Below, piece after piece: positions 44,333 to 54,269 of a stretch of 64,000 bases of DNA. The stretch is from contig CAYGFY010000013.1 in NCBI GenBank assembly GCA_964349365.1, positions 3,729 through 67,728 of the forward strand, in the 5' to 3' direction. Each line of letters starts with the position of its first letter. The first letter of the stretch is position 1. A program made the translations under genes and the position numbers. The stretch is from an uncultured Bacteroidales bacterium. GTDB lineage: Bacteria > Bacteroidota > Bacteroidia > Bacteroidales > UBA7960. A model generated the notes under the pieces. That model had not been told where the DNA came from, did not search any database, and was given only the letters and a program-made list of their open reading frames with translations.

Positions 44333-46360
44333 ATGAAATTCCAGATAGTTTCTGATTTCGTGCCTACCGGCGATCAACCCGAAGCCATTTCGCAACTGGT
44401 TGACGGTCTTAATGCCGGACTTGATTCGCAAACACTTTTGGGGGTTACGGGTTCGGGGAAGACATTTACAATAGCAAATGTTATTGAAAGGGTTCAAAAG
44501 CCCACATTGGTTCTTAGCCACAACAAGACTCTTGCAGCACAACTTTACGGTGAATTCAAGCAGTTTTTTCCAGAAAATGCAGTGGAATACTTCGTTTCGT
44601 ATTACGACTACTACCAGCCGGAGGCCTACATTCCGACCACCAATACATACATTGAAAAAGACCTATCAATAAATGATGAAATTGAGAAATTGCGTCTTAG
44701 CGCAACCAGTTCACTTTTGTCGGGTCGCAGGGATGTAATTGTGGTCAGTTCCGTTTCGTGCATTTACGGCATAGGCAACCCTGCCGACTTCAAGGAAAAC
44801 ACGACCAGCCTGAGGGTAGGTGACGTGGTGAGGCGCAACAAGTTCTTGCACCGGCTTGTAGAAAGCCTTTACACGCGCACCAGGGCCGAGTTCAATCGTG
44901 GAAACTTCAGGGTGCAGGGCGACACCGTTGACATTTTTCCGGCCTATGCCGACATTGCTTTCAGGGTAGTTTTTTGGGGCGACCAAATTGAAGCCCTGCA
45001 AACCATTGATCCTGCAAGCGGCACCAAAACAAACGAAATGGACATGATGACCATTTATCCTGCCAACATTTTCGTCACCAGCAAGGAAAGGATTGGCAGT
45101 GCTATAAGGCAAATACAGGATGATTTGTTCAAGCAAGTCGCATTTTTCCGAAACCAAGGGCGCAACCTGGAGGCAAAAAGATTGGAAGACAGGGTGAATT
45201 ATGACATGGAAATGATTAAAGAGCTTGGCTACTGCTCGGGAATTGAGAATTATTCGAGGTATTTCGACGGACGCGAAATTGGCACTAGACCGTTTTGCCT
45301 GCTTGATTTCTTTCCCGATGATTTCTTGATGGTTATAGACGAGAGCCACGCAACGGTGCCACAGGTTAGGGCAATGTACGGAGGCGATTTTTCTCGAAAG
45401 TACAATTTGGTTGAGTATGGTTTCAGGCTTCCGGCAGCATTGGACAACAGGCCATTAAAGTTTGAAGAATTCGAGCAGTTCATGCGGCAGGTAATATTTG
45501 TTAGCGCAACCCCGGCTGACTTCGAACTTGCCAGAAGCCATGGGGTCGTGGTTGAACAAATTATAAGGCCGACCGGACTTTTGGAGCCGGTGATTGATGT
45601 AAGACCAAGTCAAAACCAGATTGACGACTTGCTCGAAGAAATAATTCTGCGCACCGAAAAAGATGAGAGGGTTTTGGTTACCACGCTCACTAAAAGAATG
45701 GCCGAGGAGTTAACCAAATATCTTACCAAGGCAAGCGTTAGGGCTCGCTACATACACTCCGATGTTGAAACTTTGGAGAGGGTTGAGATACTTCGTGATT
45801 TAAGGTTAGGATTATTTGACGTTTTGGTTGGTGTAAACTTACTGCGCGAGGGTTTAGACTTACCTGAGGTGTCGCTTGTGGCCATTCTGGATGCAGATAA
45901 GGAAGGGTTTCTTCGCTCGGAGCGTTCACTTATTCAAACCTCTGGTAGGGCTGCCCGCAATCTTAACAGTAAGGTGATAATGTATGCAGATAAAATTACT
46001 AGATCAATGCAGGTTACCATTGACGAGACAAACCGCAAGCGCGAAAAGCAATTAAAGTACAACCAGGAGAACAACATTACCCCGGCTCAAATTAGGAAAT
46101 CTGTTGAGGCCATTCACGGGCAGTCGCAGGTGGCCGGAATTTCAGGTTCAGTCTCAAAAGCTTACACGGAAAGGGAAATTGCCGATATGGCCGCAGACCC
46201 GGTAGTGCAATACATGACAAAGGAACAAATGCAAAAGACCATGATAAAAACCCGCAAGGAAATGGAAAAAGCCGCCAAGGCTCTTGATTTCATCGAAGCA
46301 GCCAGGGTTCGAGATGAGCTTTTGGCCCTGGAAAAGTTGTTTGGTGAGAGGTTTTTGTGA
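44333..46360 (+). CDS. uvrB: excinuclease ABC subunit B
   Basis: Contains GVTGSGKTFT, DESHATVPQ, helicase motifs and the C-terminal UVR domain EAARVRDELLALE. The ATG at 44333 is preferred over the TTG at 44330. Confidence 0.95.
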   Translation: MKFQIVSDFVPTGDQPEAISQLVDGLNAGLDSQTLLGVTGSGKTFTIANVIERVQKPTLVLSHNKTLAAQLYGEFKQFFPENAVEYFVSYYDYYQPEAYIPTTNTYIEKDLSINDEIEKLRLSATSSLLSGRRDVIVVSSVSCIYGIGNPADFKENTTSLRVGDVVRRNKFLHRLVESLYTRTRAEFNRGNFRVQGDTVDIFPAYADIAFRVVFWGDQIEALQTIDPASGTKTNEMDMMTIYPANIFVTSKERIGSAIRQIQDDLFKQVAFFRNQGRNLEAKRLEDRVNYDMEMIKELGYCSGIENYSRYFDGREIGTRPFCLLDFFPDDFLMVIDESHATVPQVRAMYGGDFSRKYNLVEYGFRLPAALDNRPLKFEEFEQFMRQVIFVSATPADFELARSHGVVVEQIIRPTGLLEPVIDVRPSQNQIDDLLEEIILRTEKDERVLVTTLTKRMAEELTKYLTKASVRARYIHSDVETLERVEILRDLRLGLFDVLVGVNLLREGLDLPEVSLVAILDADKEGFLRSERSLIQTSGRAARNLNSKVIMYADKITRSMQVTIDETNRKREKQLKYNQENNITPAQIRKSVEAIHGQSQVAGISGSVSKAYTEREIADMAADPVVQYMTKEQMQKTMIKTRKEMEKAAKALDFIEAARVRDELLALEKLFGERFL

Positions 46361-46394
46361 AAAAGGGCTGCCAAAATTAGTTGACAGCCCTTTT
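46361..46394. terminator. bidirectional terminator between convergent uvrB and gdhA
   Basis: AAAGGGCTG-14 nt-CAGCCCTTT stem, with T-runs following on both strands. Confidence 0.65.
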
Positions 46395-46412
46395 AGTTTA
46401 GAATTTAAGGAA

Positions 46413-47750
46413 TTAAATCACCCCTTGGTCAATCATTGCATCGGCAACTTTGATGAAACCGGCAACGTTGGCACCCTTTACGTAGTTAACGAAACCATCC
46501 TCTTCGCGGCCATACTTAACGCAAGCCGCATGAATGTTAATCATAATTTGGTGAAGCTTCTCTTCAACCTCTTTGGCGTTCCAGTTTAGTTTCATGGCAT
46601 TCTGGGTTTGCTCAAGACCCGAGGTGGCCACACCACCTGCGTTTGATGCCTTGCCTGGAGCATAAAGAACCTTGGCTTTCAAGAAAATTTCCATTGCCTC
46701 TGGAGTGCATGGCATATTGGCTCCCTCCGAAATGGCAATTACCCCGTTGTTTACGAGGTTTTGGGCATCTTGACCGTTAAGTTCGTTTTGAATAGCGCAC
46801 GGGAAAGCAACATCGCACTTGACCTCCCACGGGCGCTTGCCCTCGAAAAACCTGGCATTTGGATACTCGGAAGCGTATGGTTTTACAATGTCTTGGTTGG
46901 AAGCTCTAAGTTCTAAAAGATAATCAATCTTGTCACCATTTATTCCGTCGGAATCGTAAACATAACCATCGGGTCCACTAATTGTTACAACCTTTGCACC
47001 GAGTTGGGTTGCCTTAATTATGGTTCCCCACGAAACGTTGCCAAAGCCAGAAACGGTGCAAATTTTTCCTTTCATTGAATCGCCCCTGGTTTTTAGCATT
47101 TCCTCGGCAAAATATACCGCACCGAAACCTGTGGCTTCCGGGCGAATCAAACTACCACCCCAGTTGCGTCCCTTTCCGGTAAAAACACCATTATGGGTGT
47201 TCATAATCTTCTTGTACATACCATACATGTAACCAATTTCGCGACCACCAACGCCAATATCACCCGCAGGAATATCGGTGTCGGGCCCGATGTACCTGTA
47301 AAGTTCTGCCATCAGGGCGTGGCAGAATCTCATTACTTCGGCATTTGACTTGCCTTTAGGGTCAAAGTCGCTACCACCTTTTGCACCACCCATCGGAAGT
47401 GTAGTGAGTGCATTTTTGAAAGTTTGCTCGAATCCCAAGAATTTAAGGCCACCAAGAGTTACGCTCGGGTGGAAACGCATGCCTCCTTTGTATGGGCCGA
47501 TGGCGTTGTTGAATTGCACGCGGTAGGCTTTGTTAACTTGCACGTTGCCCTTGTCGTCGAGCCACTCAACCTTGAATGAAATAACCCTATCGGGTTCAAC
47601 TATCCTATCAAGGATGTTTGCCGCTTGGTACTTGGGGTTTTCTTTAATCAAGTCCTCGATGGTTTCGAGAACCTCTTTCACTGCTTGCAAGAACTCTGGT
47701 TGACCGGGGTTTTTTTTGTCCAGGTCGGCCATAAATTTTTCTAAATTCAT
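46413..47750 (-). CDS. gdhA: NADP-specific glutamate dehydrogenase
   Basis: 445-aa ORF with KGGMRFHP, LPMGGAKGGSDFDPKGKS and GFGNVSWG. Confidence 0.94.
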   Translation of the reverse strand: MNLEKFMADLDKKNPGQPEFLQAVKEVLETIEDLIKENPKYQAANILDRIVEPDRVISFKVEWLDDKGNVQVNKAYRVQFNNAIGPYKGGMRFHPSVTLGGLKFLGFEQTFKNALTTLPMGGAKGGSDFDPKGKSNAEVMRFCHALMAELYRYIGPDTDIPAGDIGVGGREIGYMYGMYKKIMNTHNGVFTGKGRNWGGSLIRPEATGFGAVYFAEEMLKTRGDSMKGKICTVSGFGNVSWGTIIKATQLGAKVVTISGPDGYVYDSDGINGDKIDYLLELRASNQDIVKPYASEYPNARFFEGKRPWEVKCDVAFPCAIQNELNGQDAQNLVNNGVIAISEGANMPCTPEAMEIFLKAKVLYAPGKASNAGGVATSGLEQTQNAMKLNWNAKEVEEKLHQIMINIHAACVKYGREEDGFVNYVKGANVAGFIKVADAMIDQGVI

Positions 47751-47841
47751 GATTTAATTGGTTAAATGAGTTAATAAAGGGTAGTTACGAAAAAAATGTT
47801 TTGCTAAAACTCGGGGCGAAGTTATAGGTTTTTTTTTGTAT

Positions 47842-47857
47842 TGTGAAAAATTTCACA
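47842..47857. promoter_or_regulatory. perfect CRP/FNR-family type palindrome TGTGA-N6-TCACA upstream of gdhA
   Basis: The site is TGTGAAAAATTTCACA, with an extended 9-2-9 inverted repeat ATTGTGAAA/TTTCACAAT at 47840-47859. Its centre is about 100 nt upstream of the gdhA ATG. Confidence 0.5.
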
Positions 47858-47876
47858 ATAATATTTTAACTTCGGA

Positions 47877-48374
47877 TTATAATTTTGAAAGCATCCTAAA
47901 AACAGCCTTTTTGACCCCTGGCGAAAGTGTTTCAATGTACTCTTGGGTGGTATTGGTTTTGATCTCGTTTTTTAGCTCCGGGTGTTTTTTAGCTATTCGA
48001 TGCAGTGTAAGTAAAGCCCTATACCGAGTAACTGGCTGTCTGGCAATTGACAGCCAAATTCTAGTGCAAATATCAAACAAATTCCCTTCATCCTGCTCGT
48101 CCCAATCCATGAATGAAACAATTCGAAGCAGGTCGCGCTGTTGGCCGTCACGGCTCGTTGAAATTGCCCCGATGATTCTTTTCACGTGGTTTTTTATTCT
48201 CGGGTCGTTTTCTTCAACTACATCCCCCAAAACCCAAGCCGCCCTCCAACTGAAAGGCTGGTCGTTGCCAATTGCAAGCCCCAAGGCTTCTTCAATATCA
48301 TGCTGATTGGATTTAAGGTAATGAACAATCTCCTTTTTGCAAAAACCCAGTAGCAATTGTTTGTAGGGAGTCAT
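47877..48374 (-). CDS. hypothetical protein (all-helical, HEAT/ARM-like by eye)
   Basis: 165-aa ORF with no recognisable catalytic motif. I prefer it over the overlapping + ORF at 47836..48306, which has low-complexity, Ser-rich composition. Confidence 0.55.
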   Translation of the reverse strand: MTPYKQLLLGFCKKEIVHYLKSNQHDIEEALGLAIGNDQPFSWRAAWVLGDVVEENDPRIKNHVKRIIGAISTSRDGQQRDLLRIVSFMDWDEQDEGNLFDICTRIWLSIARQPVTRYRALLTLHRIAKKHPELKNEIKTNTTQEYIETLSPGVKKAVFRMLSKL

Positions 48375-48593
48375 TTGCCAAGATAAATAAGAAATTAATA
48401 ATTGTAAACACGGCGAAGCGGGGTTACGACCAAAAGCAGTAATTGCGAATTACAAGCAGAAGTCGGCAGGCAACAAGCAGCATTGGGTTTTGTCAAGTTT
48501 TATTGCATCAGGTTTAATCCAAGCAACGAAACCCATGCGTGAACCAAGCGTTATTTGCCCCCTGGAGTAAAAAAGGCCCTTGACTTTCGACCT

Positions 48594-51572
48594 TCAGTTA
48601 ACTTGCGGTTTTGAAACAATCCCAACGTTCTTCTTGCCGTCAATTTTAATTATCAAGGGCTTTTCGAACCTTACGTGCCTCACGAGTTCATCTTCGTAAA
48701 CAGCGGGCAACGAATCCAGGAAATCTACATCATAGCAGCCATCATTTATGAATGGATTAATGGTAAAATACCCAACATTGAAGGAAGTTAGGTTTTGAAA
48801 AAAGTGGGTGCCCTGGCTTGGGTCAATTTGAAAATCTTTTAATCCCGATTCGACAATTAGCCTTGCGGCAGAAATTTGGGCCCACTTTACCGGCACCCCT
48901 AACCACGGGTCGGACGAGCCCCAACGACCCGGGCCAACCAAGACGTAGTAAGATTTTGTTGCAACAAATTTCCGGTTTAGGTTATCAATTACCACTGCTA
49001 TATCATTGGTCTTGGCAGGATTAAACAACCGGGGCTTTACATAAATCAGGTCTTTTATGTTTTCGATAACACCATTGCCCAGGGCCATTTTAGCCCCAAT
49101 TAAGCAGTTTTCGAAGTCAGAATCGGTGACCTCGGTTGGTTTTTTCTCCTGTTCGGCTACTATTGGTCTGATTTGCAAGAAGTTAAAAATTGCATCATTA
49201 AATCCTGGCGAATTGCTAAGGTTCACCGCAAATTCTATTTCTACATTAATATTCATTTCTTGTTTGCCCACGCGTAGCAGGGTTTTGATTATTTCGGCAA
49301 GCGGAAAGGTTTTGTTGCGGAGCACGTTCGAAAAAGTAACAATTACATTTCCGGAGTCGCAAACCCCATCTCGAATAATTTTGTCATGATAATCGTAGGT
49401 GGAGGCAATTTTGTTGAGCGAGCCATCACCCACGGCATCTTTGATTTTCAGGCGAAAAAGGTTGTAAGATTCATCAACGTTTGGAGTGAATTTATTTGGG
49501 TCTAAATCAAGGCAAAAGAAATTTTTCTGACTTTGTCGCAGGGCAAGTTCGGGCGTTGAGAGTTGGAGTGCCCTTTCAGGATACTCGGGAGAAAAGCGCA
49601 AGGAAGCGGCGCCATCAACAATGGTTTTGCCCAGCCCCAGGGCAATGTTTGCAACGCCATCTTCATACTTTTCGGGTGCAATGGGGTAAAAATTTACCGA
49701 CCTGGCCACCCCCGAAAAAGTTGGATAGAACCTATTGCCATATTCCGAACCGGTGATTTCCTGAATTACGATGGCCATCTTTTCTTCGTCAATCACGTTT
49801 TGGGTGGCTGCAATATACCCCTTGCTTTCCTTGTAAAAAACCGAGGCGTAAACACTTTTTATGGCTTGTTCCAGCTGCAGGTCGCGAATCTTGATGTCGG
49901 GATGATTGTTCGGAATCATGTAAGTGGAATATAAACCCGCAAAAGGTTGGTAGTGACTGTCCTCGAGCAAACTGCTTGACCTAACCGCAAGTGGCTTGCC
50001 AAAAAAATCAATCGTATCCTTGACGTAATCTTTTAGCCTATTGGGGGTTTTTGCATTCACGAATCTTTTGAGAATTTCATGGTCTGGCTTATCCTTCAAC
50101 GCAAATTCGTACAGAGAATTGGTTTCCATGAACTCGTCAAAAAGGTCGGTGGTGAGAACCACGGTTCGGGGAATCGCCACGGTTACACCCTCCCACTTGT
50201 TGCGCAATTTGTATTTTTTGAGCAAGACATCAACAAAAGCCAACCCTCGGCCTTTGCCGCCAAGCTGCCCATCTCCAAGACGAGTAAAAACTGCATAATC
50301 GTCAAACCTGCTTGCTATAACACCTCGCCCCTTCATCTTGCGGTAATTGGTTATAGTATCAATCAAGTAACTCCTTACCTCGTCTATCTGGCCAAAATCA
50401 TCACGACTCTTATCGGCAAAAAGATTGGCAAGGGCAAAAAGAGCCCGGGCTTTCAGCCATTTCGAAAAATGATTGTTAGAAACATGATACTCAAGGCTAT
50501 TTCCGGATATTGTGGATAACTTTTCCTGCAAGCTGTTCAAATTATGAGCCCTGTCGAGTTCTTGATTGTTTTGCGGATCCTTGAATACAAAATCACCAAA
50601 ACCATAGTTCTCCTTTATGTAGGTTTTAAGCTCAAAAAGCAAGTTCTTTGAGTACTTGTTTATAAAGGAGGCCTTGAGGTAAGATATTTCTTGTGGACTC
50701 CAATCATCGGATGACTGCAATAAAATGGGTATGTCAGGGTCGTTTTTCCTTATGAATTCGGCAAGTTTGATTCCGGCCCTTTTATCTCGAATTCCGCCTC
50801 GCGAATAGCTGATGTCGGAGATTACTCCAAGCAGGTTGTTTTTATACTTTTGGTAAAGTTCTGAAGCTTCTTCGTATGACTTGGCGAGCAGGATTTTTGG
50901 CCTGGCACGCATGCGCATTGTTTTGCGGTGTTCGTTAAGCCCTTCTACCATCATTTCGGTGGTTTGCTCGATTATGGCTTTGTAAATGGTGGGCAGGTAT
51001 GACGAGTAGTACCTTATTGAGTCTTCCACGAGCAAAATTGCTTGAATGCCGCTCACTTCAATATCGTCGTGGGCATTCATCCTATCTTCGAGCAGTTTAA
51101 TTATTGCAAGCATTAGGCTGGTGTTGCCAAGCCAAGAAAAAACGTAATCGATGCCACTCAAGTCTTCGTTTGAAAGCTTAAGGGAAACTTCCCGGCTAAA
51201 GTGGGTAAGTACTACCACCGGAATGTTTGGATGCTTCACCTTCATTCTCCTGCCCATCTCAAAAGCATCAACCTCACCAATGTTTAGCATCGTTACAACA
51301 AGGTCTATCTTCTTTGATTCCAGTACCTTGAATGCTTCTTCGGCCGAATTTGCCTTGGTAAACTGTGGTGGATACCTTAGGTTCTTTGATGTGTATTCCA
51401 AAAAAATCTTTTCGTTTATGCGACCATCTTCCTCGAGCATGAATGCATCATAGCTGCTGCAAATTAGCAAAACGTTTATGATTCGCTTTTGCATGAGGTT
51501 TTCGTGATCTATTTCTTTGAACTCGAAATTATCTGTAGAAAAAAGCTGGTTGTATGTACGCCTTGCTTCCAT
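48594..51572 (-). CDS. fusion protein: two response-regulator receiver-like domains + PPDK_N-type PEP/pyruvate-binding (ATP-grasp) domain
   Basis: 992-aa ORF. Receiver-like 1 is VLLICSSYD...IDLVVTMLN. Receiver-like 2 is ILLVEDS...LLGVISDISY...ILLQSSD. PPDK_N strings are GGKGRGLAFV, AVRSSSLLEDSHYQPFAGLYSTY and FLQIRPI. Confidence 0.8.
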   Translation of the reverse strand: MEARRTYNQLFSTDNFEFKEIDHENLMQKRIINVLLICSSYDAFMLEEDGRINEKIFLEYTSKNLRYPPQFTKANSAEEAFKVLESKKIDLVVTMLNIGEVDAFEMGRRMKVKHPNIPVVVLTHFSREVSLKLSNEDLSGIDYVFSWLGNTSLMLAIIKLLEDRMNAHDDIEVSGIQAILLVEDSIRYYSSYLPTIYKAIIEQTTEMMVEGLNEHRKTMRMRARPKILLAKSYEEASELYQKYKNNLLGVISDISYSRGGIRDKRAGIKLAEFIRKNDPDIPILLQSSDDWSPQEISYLKASFINKYSKNLLFELKTYIKENYGFGDFVFKDPQNNQELDRAHNLNSLQEKLSTISGNSLEYHVSNNHFSKWLKARALFALANLFADKSRDDFGQIDEVRSYLIDTITNYRKMKGRGVIASRFDDYAVFTRLGDGQLGGKGRGLAFVDVLLKKYKLRNKWEGVTVAIPRTVVLTTDLFDEFMETNSLYEFALKDKPDHEILKRFVNAKTPNRLKDYVKDTIDFFGKPLAVRSSSLLEDSHYQPFAGLYSTYMIPNNHPDIKIRDLQLEQAIKSVYASVFYKESKGYIAATQNVIDEEKMAIVIQEITGSEYGNRFYPTFSGVARSVNFYPIAPEKYEDGVANIALGLGKTIVDGAASLRFSPEYPERALQLSTPELALRQSQKNFFCLDLDPNKFTPNVDESYNLFRLKIKDAVGDGSLNKIASTYDYHDKIIRDGVCDSGNVIVTFSNVLRNKTFPLAEIIKTLLRVGKQEMNINVEIEFAVNLSNSPGFNDAIFNFLQIRPIVAEQEKKPTEVTDSDFENCLIGAKMALGNGVIENIKDLIYVKPRLFNPAKTNDIAVVIDNLNRKFVATKSYYVLVGPGRWGSSDPWLGVPVKWAQISAARLIVESGLKDFQIDPSQGTHFFQNLTSFNVGYFTINPFINDGCYDVDFLDSLPAVYEDELVRHVRFEKPLIIKIDGKKNVGIVSKPQVN

Positions 51573-51736
51573 TATTTTTTATTGTCGAATTAATACAAGC
51601 ATCAAAAATAGAGCAATTTTTAATTTATTGGCACTTTTGGGGGAAATTTATTGCAATGGATTTTGTAATTTAGCACCCTGATTTGTTTTTTGAGAATTTG
51701 TTAAGCCAAATTGATTTAAAATAATCTTTAACAAAA

Positions 51737-52906
51737 GTGAATAAGCTCTTAACCTCAAACCTAAAATTAGGCATTATTGCCGGAGGCCAGCTTGGCAAGA
51801 TGCTTATTCAGGAGGCATCCAAGTGGGATATTACAACCTTCGTTTTAGACAATGACGAAGATTGCCCTGCCGGTAAAATTGCCTCGCACTTCTACGGGGG
51901 CAGCAATGTTGATTTTGACTCGGTTTACCATTTCGGAAAATTGGTTGACGTGCTTACATACGAACTTGAAAACATTAACATTGAGGCCTTGAAAAAACTT
52001 AAGGCAGAGGGTTGTTTTATTGTCCCCGATCCTGTTGTTTTGGAGTTGATACAAGACAAGGGTCTTCAAAAGGATTTTTATGCAAAAAACAACATTCCTG
52101 CGGCCAACTACAAAATTTGCAAAACGAAAGATGAAATTATTGAAAGGTTGGAAGCTGGCGAAATAAAATTTCCATTCGTTCAGAAACTAAGGACCGGTGG
52201 TTACGACGGGCGCGGAGTTGCAGTTATCAAGAACAAAACTGATTTGATGAATTTGCTCACTGGCGCTTCGGTTATCGAAGAAAAAATTGAAATCGAAAAG
52301 GAGATTGCGGTAATCGTTGCACGCAACAAGTCGGGTCAAATCAGGTCTTATCCAGTTGTAGAAATGCTATTCGACTCAAGAGCTCACCTCGTTGACAAAC
52401 TTTTTTGCCCATCGACAATTACCCCCGAACAAGCCAAACTTGCAGCCGATATTGCATGCCGCATAATAGAATTGCTCGAAATGGAAGGGCTCCTTGCCGT
52501 TGAGCTTTTCGTAGATTGCAATGGCAAGGTGCTGGTTAACGAGGTTGCCCCAAGGCCGCATAATAGCGGGCATCATACTATCGAAAGCGTTGCAACATCG
52601 CAGTTTGAACAACACCTGCGTGCAATCCTTAACCTGCCCCTGGGACCTACATCGCTCTTATTCCCGTCGGTAATGATAAACATGCTTGGTGCCGAAGGCC
52701 ACCAAGGCCCGGTTTTTTATGAAGGATTGCTGCAAGGTTTGGCAATAGATGGGGTAAACGTTCACCTTTACGGAAAGAAAATCACAAAACCTTTTCGAAA
52801 AATGGGGCACGTAACGGTGGTTGCACCTACGCTTGATCTTGCACTTAAAAAGGCTGAAAAAGTACAGAAACTCCTTAAGGTAAAAACGCTAAAAGGAGTT
52901 AAGTAA
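51737..52906 (+). CDS. purK: N5-carboxyaminoimidazole ribonucleotide synthase
   Basis: 389-aa ORF with a GTG start. It contains IIAGGQLGKML, an ATP-grasp core and APRPHNSGHHT. Confidence 0.9.
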   Translation: MNKLLTSNLKLGIIAGGQLGKMLIQEASKWDITTFVLDNDEDCPAGKIASHFYGGSNVDFDSVYHFGKLVDVLTYELENINIEALKKLKAEGCFIVPDPVVLELIQDKGLQKDFYAKNNIPAANYKICKTKDEIIERLEAGEIKFPFVQKLRTGGYDGRGVAVIKNKTDLMNLLTGASVIEEKIEIEKEIAVIVARNKSGQIRSYPVVEMLFDSRAHLVDKLFCPSTITPEQAKLAADIACRIIELLEMEGLLAVELFVDCNGKVLVNEVAPRPHNSGHHTIESVATSQFEQHLRAILNLPLGPTSLLFPSVMINMLGAEGHQGPVFYEGLLQGLAIDGVNVHLYGKKITKPFRKMGHVTVVAPTLDLALKKAEKVQKLLKVKTLKGVK

Positions 52907-52969
52907 AACTTGGTTAATGCTTTTTGTTTAACAAATAAGACCGTTTGAATCAGAAAAATTTTTTTAAAA

Positions 52970-53554
52970 ATGAATAAATATTTAGGTATCTTATGCATCT
53001 TGTTTCTTTTCCCTTTTAATGTTCATTGTCAATTCAAGTTCGAAAGGGAATACCGAATCAAAAGGAGGGATGTACCCTTGATAGCCCTCTCGTTTGTCGA
53101 TTCACTGACCTTCGACTCCAGAGTTAGATGGTTTAAGGAGGAGGGTTTGACCAACAATTATTTTGAAGCCAAGGCAACTCTAAACAGAGAAAGATACAGT
53201 ATAAAATTTGCCGAAAACGGATCTTTCCAAGATGCCGAAATTGAAATTAAGCAAAACAAAATTCCAAAAGACGTTTATTCTAACATTTTAGCTGTTTTTA
53301 CCAAAAATTACGAGAGATTTAAAATCGAAAAAATCCAGATTCAATACTCTGGCGACAGGGAAGCCGTGTTGAACTTTTTGAGAGAAAACATCAAAAATCA
53401 AAACTGTGTTACCATTAATTACGAAGTTGTGATTTCGGTCAGGGTTCGTGGTAAGTTTGTCTCATTGGAATATACTTTTTCCGAATCTGGCGATTTTCTG
53501 TTTAGTAAAACAATAATTGAAACCAGAAAAAGCAACATTGATACGGGTCTATGA
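52970..53554 (+). CDS. hypothetical secreted protein
   Basis: 194-aa ORF with a signal peptide (LGILCILFLFPFNVHCQ). Its stop overlaps the next gene start by 4 nt (ATGA). Confidence 0.6.
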   Translation: MNKYLGILCILFLFPFNVHCQFKFEREYRIKRRDVPLIALSFVDSLTFDSRVRWFKEEGLTNNYFEAKATLNRERYSIKFAENGSFQDAEIEIKQNKIPKDVYSNILAVFTKNYERFKIEKIQIQYSGDREAVLNFLRENIKNQNCVTINYEVVISVRVRGKFVSLEYTFSESGDFLFSKTIIETRKSNIDTGL

Positions 53555-54207
53555 AAAAGTATTTCTCTATAATTCTTCTATCTATTTCGAGCATTGGTTT
53601 TTCGCAAAGCAACCAGCTGGGGTTGTTACCGTCATTAAACCTGCGGAAAAATTTTCCCCTAAATTGGTCTGCCACCATTAGAGTTGAATCAAGGCAATCA
53701 GTTTTCAGGGAGGAACTGAAACATGAATATTTGCTCACCGATATTTCATTGGTGGCAACAAAACGAATTACTCCCGACATTACCCTTGGTGGTGGTTATT
53801 TGTTGAGGGTTGATGATGATGGCATTTACCACAGAACGATACAACAGCTTGTTTTTTCGAGAAGATTTCCTGAATTTCGAATGGCTCACAGATTCATGAC
53901 AGATCAAACATTCGGAAATGACGAAAATACCAGATACCGTTTTAGATACAGGATGTCGGCCGAAATACCGTTACAAGGTCAAACTATTGACGTTAAAGAG
54001 TTTTTCTTAAGGGCAAACAACGAGTACAATAATTTACTCCACGGAGGCAAATACGACTTGGAAGTTAGATTTGTTGCGTTAGTGGGGTATTCAATATCGC
54101 CAAAAAACGAAGTTGAAATGGGCGTTGATTACCGTGTTAGCGGTTTTGTGAGCGGTGCTGCACGAAACAGGGTTTGGCTAAACATCAACTTTTTTCATTG
54201 GTTCTAA
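53551..54207 (+). CDS. DUF2490-like outer-membrane beta-barrel protein
   Basis: 218-aa ORF with a signal peptide (ILLSISSIGFSQ). It shows an alternating beta-strand pattern and the HRF..R.RYR..AE segment typical of DUF2490. The C-terminal residue is aromatic (HWF). Confidence 0.6.
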   Translation: MKKYFSIILLSISSIGFSQSNQLGLLPSLNLRKNFPLNWSATIRVESRQSVFREELKHEYLLTDISLVATKRITPDITLGGGYLLRVDDDGIYHRTIQQLVFSRRFPEFRMAHRFMTDQTFGNDENTRYRFRYRMSAEIPLQGQTIDVKEFFLRANNEYNNLLHGGKYDLEVRFVALVGYSISPKNEVEMGVDYRVSGFVSGAARNRVWLNINFFHWF

Positions 54208-54269
54208 AACACTACTTACAAATACAAAACAATGCAGTCGTTTAACACTAACTTTATTACCTACAATTC

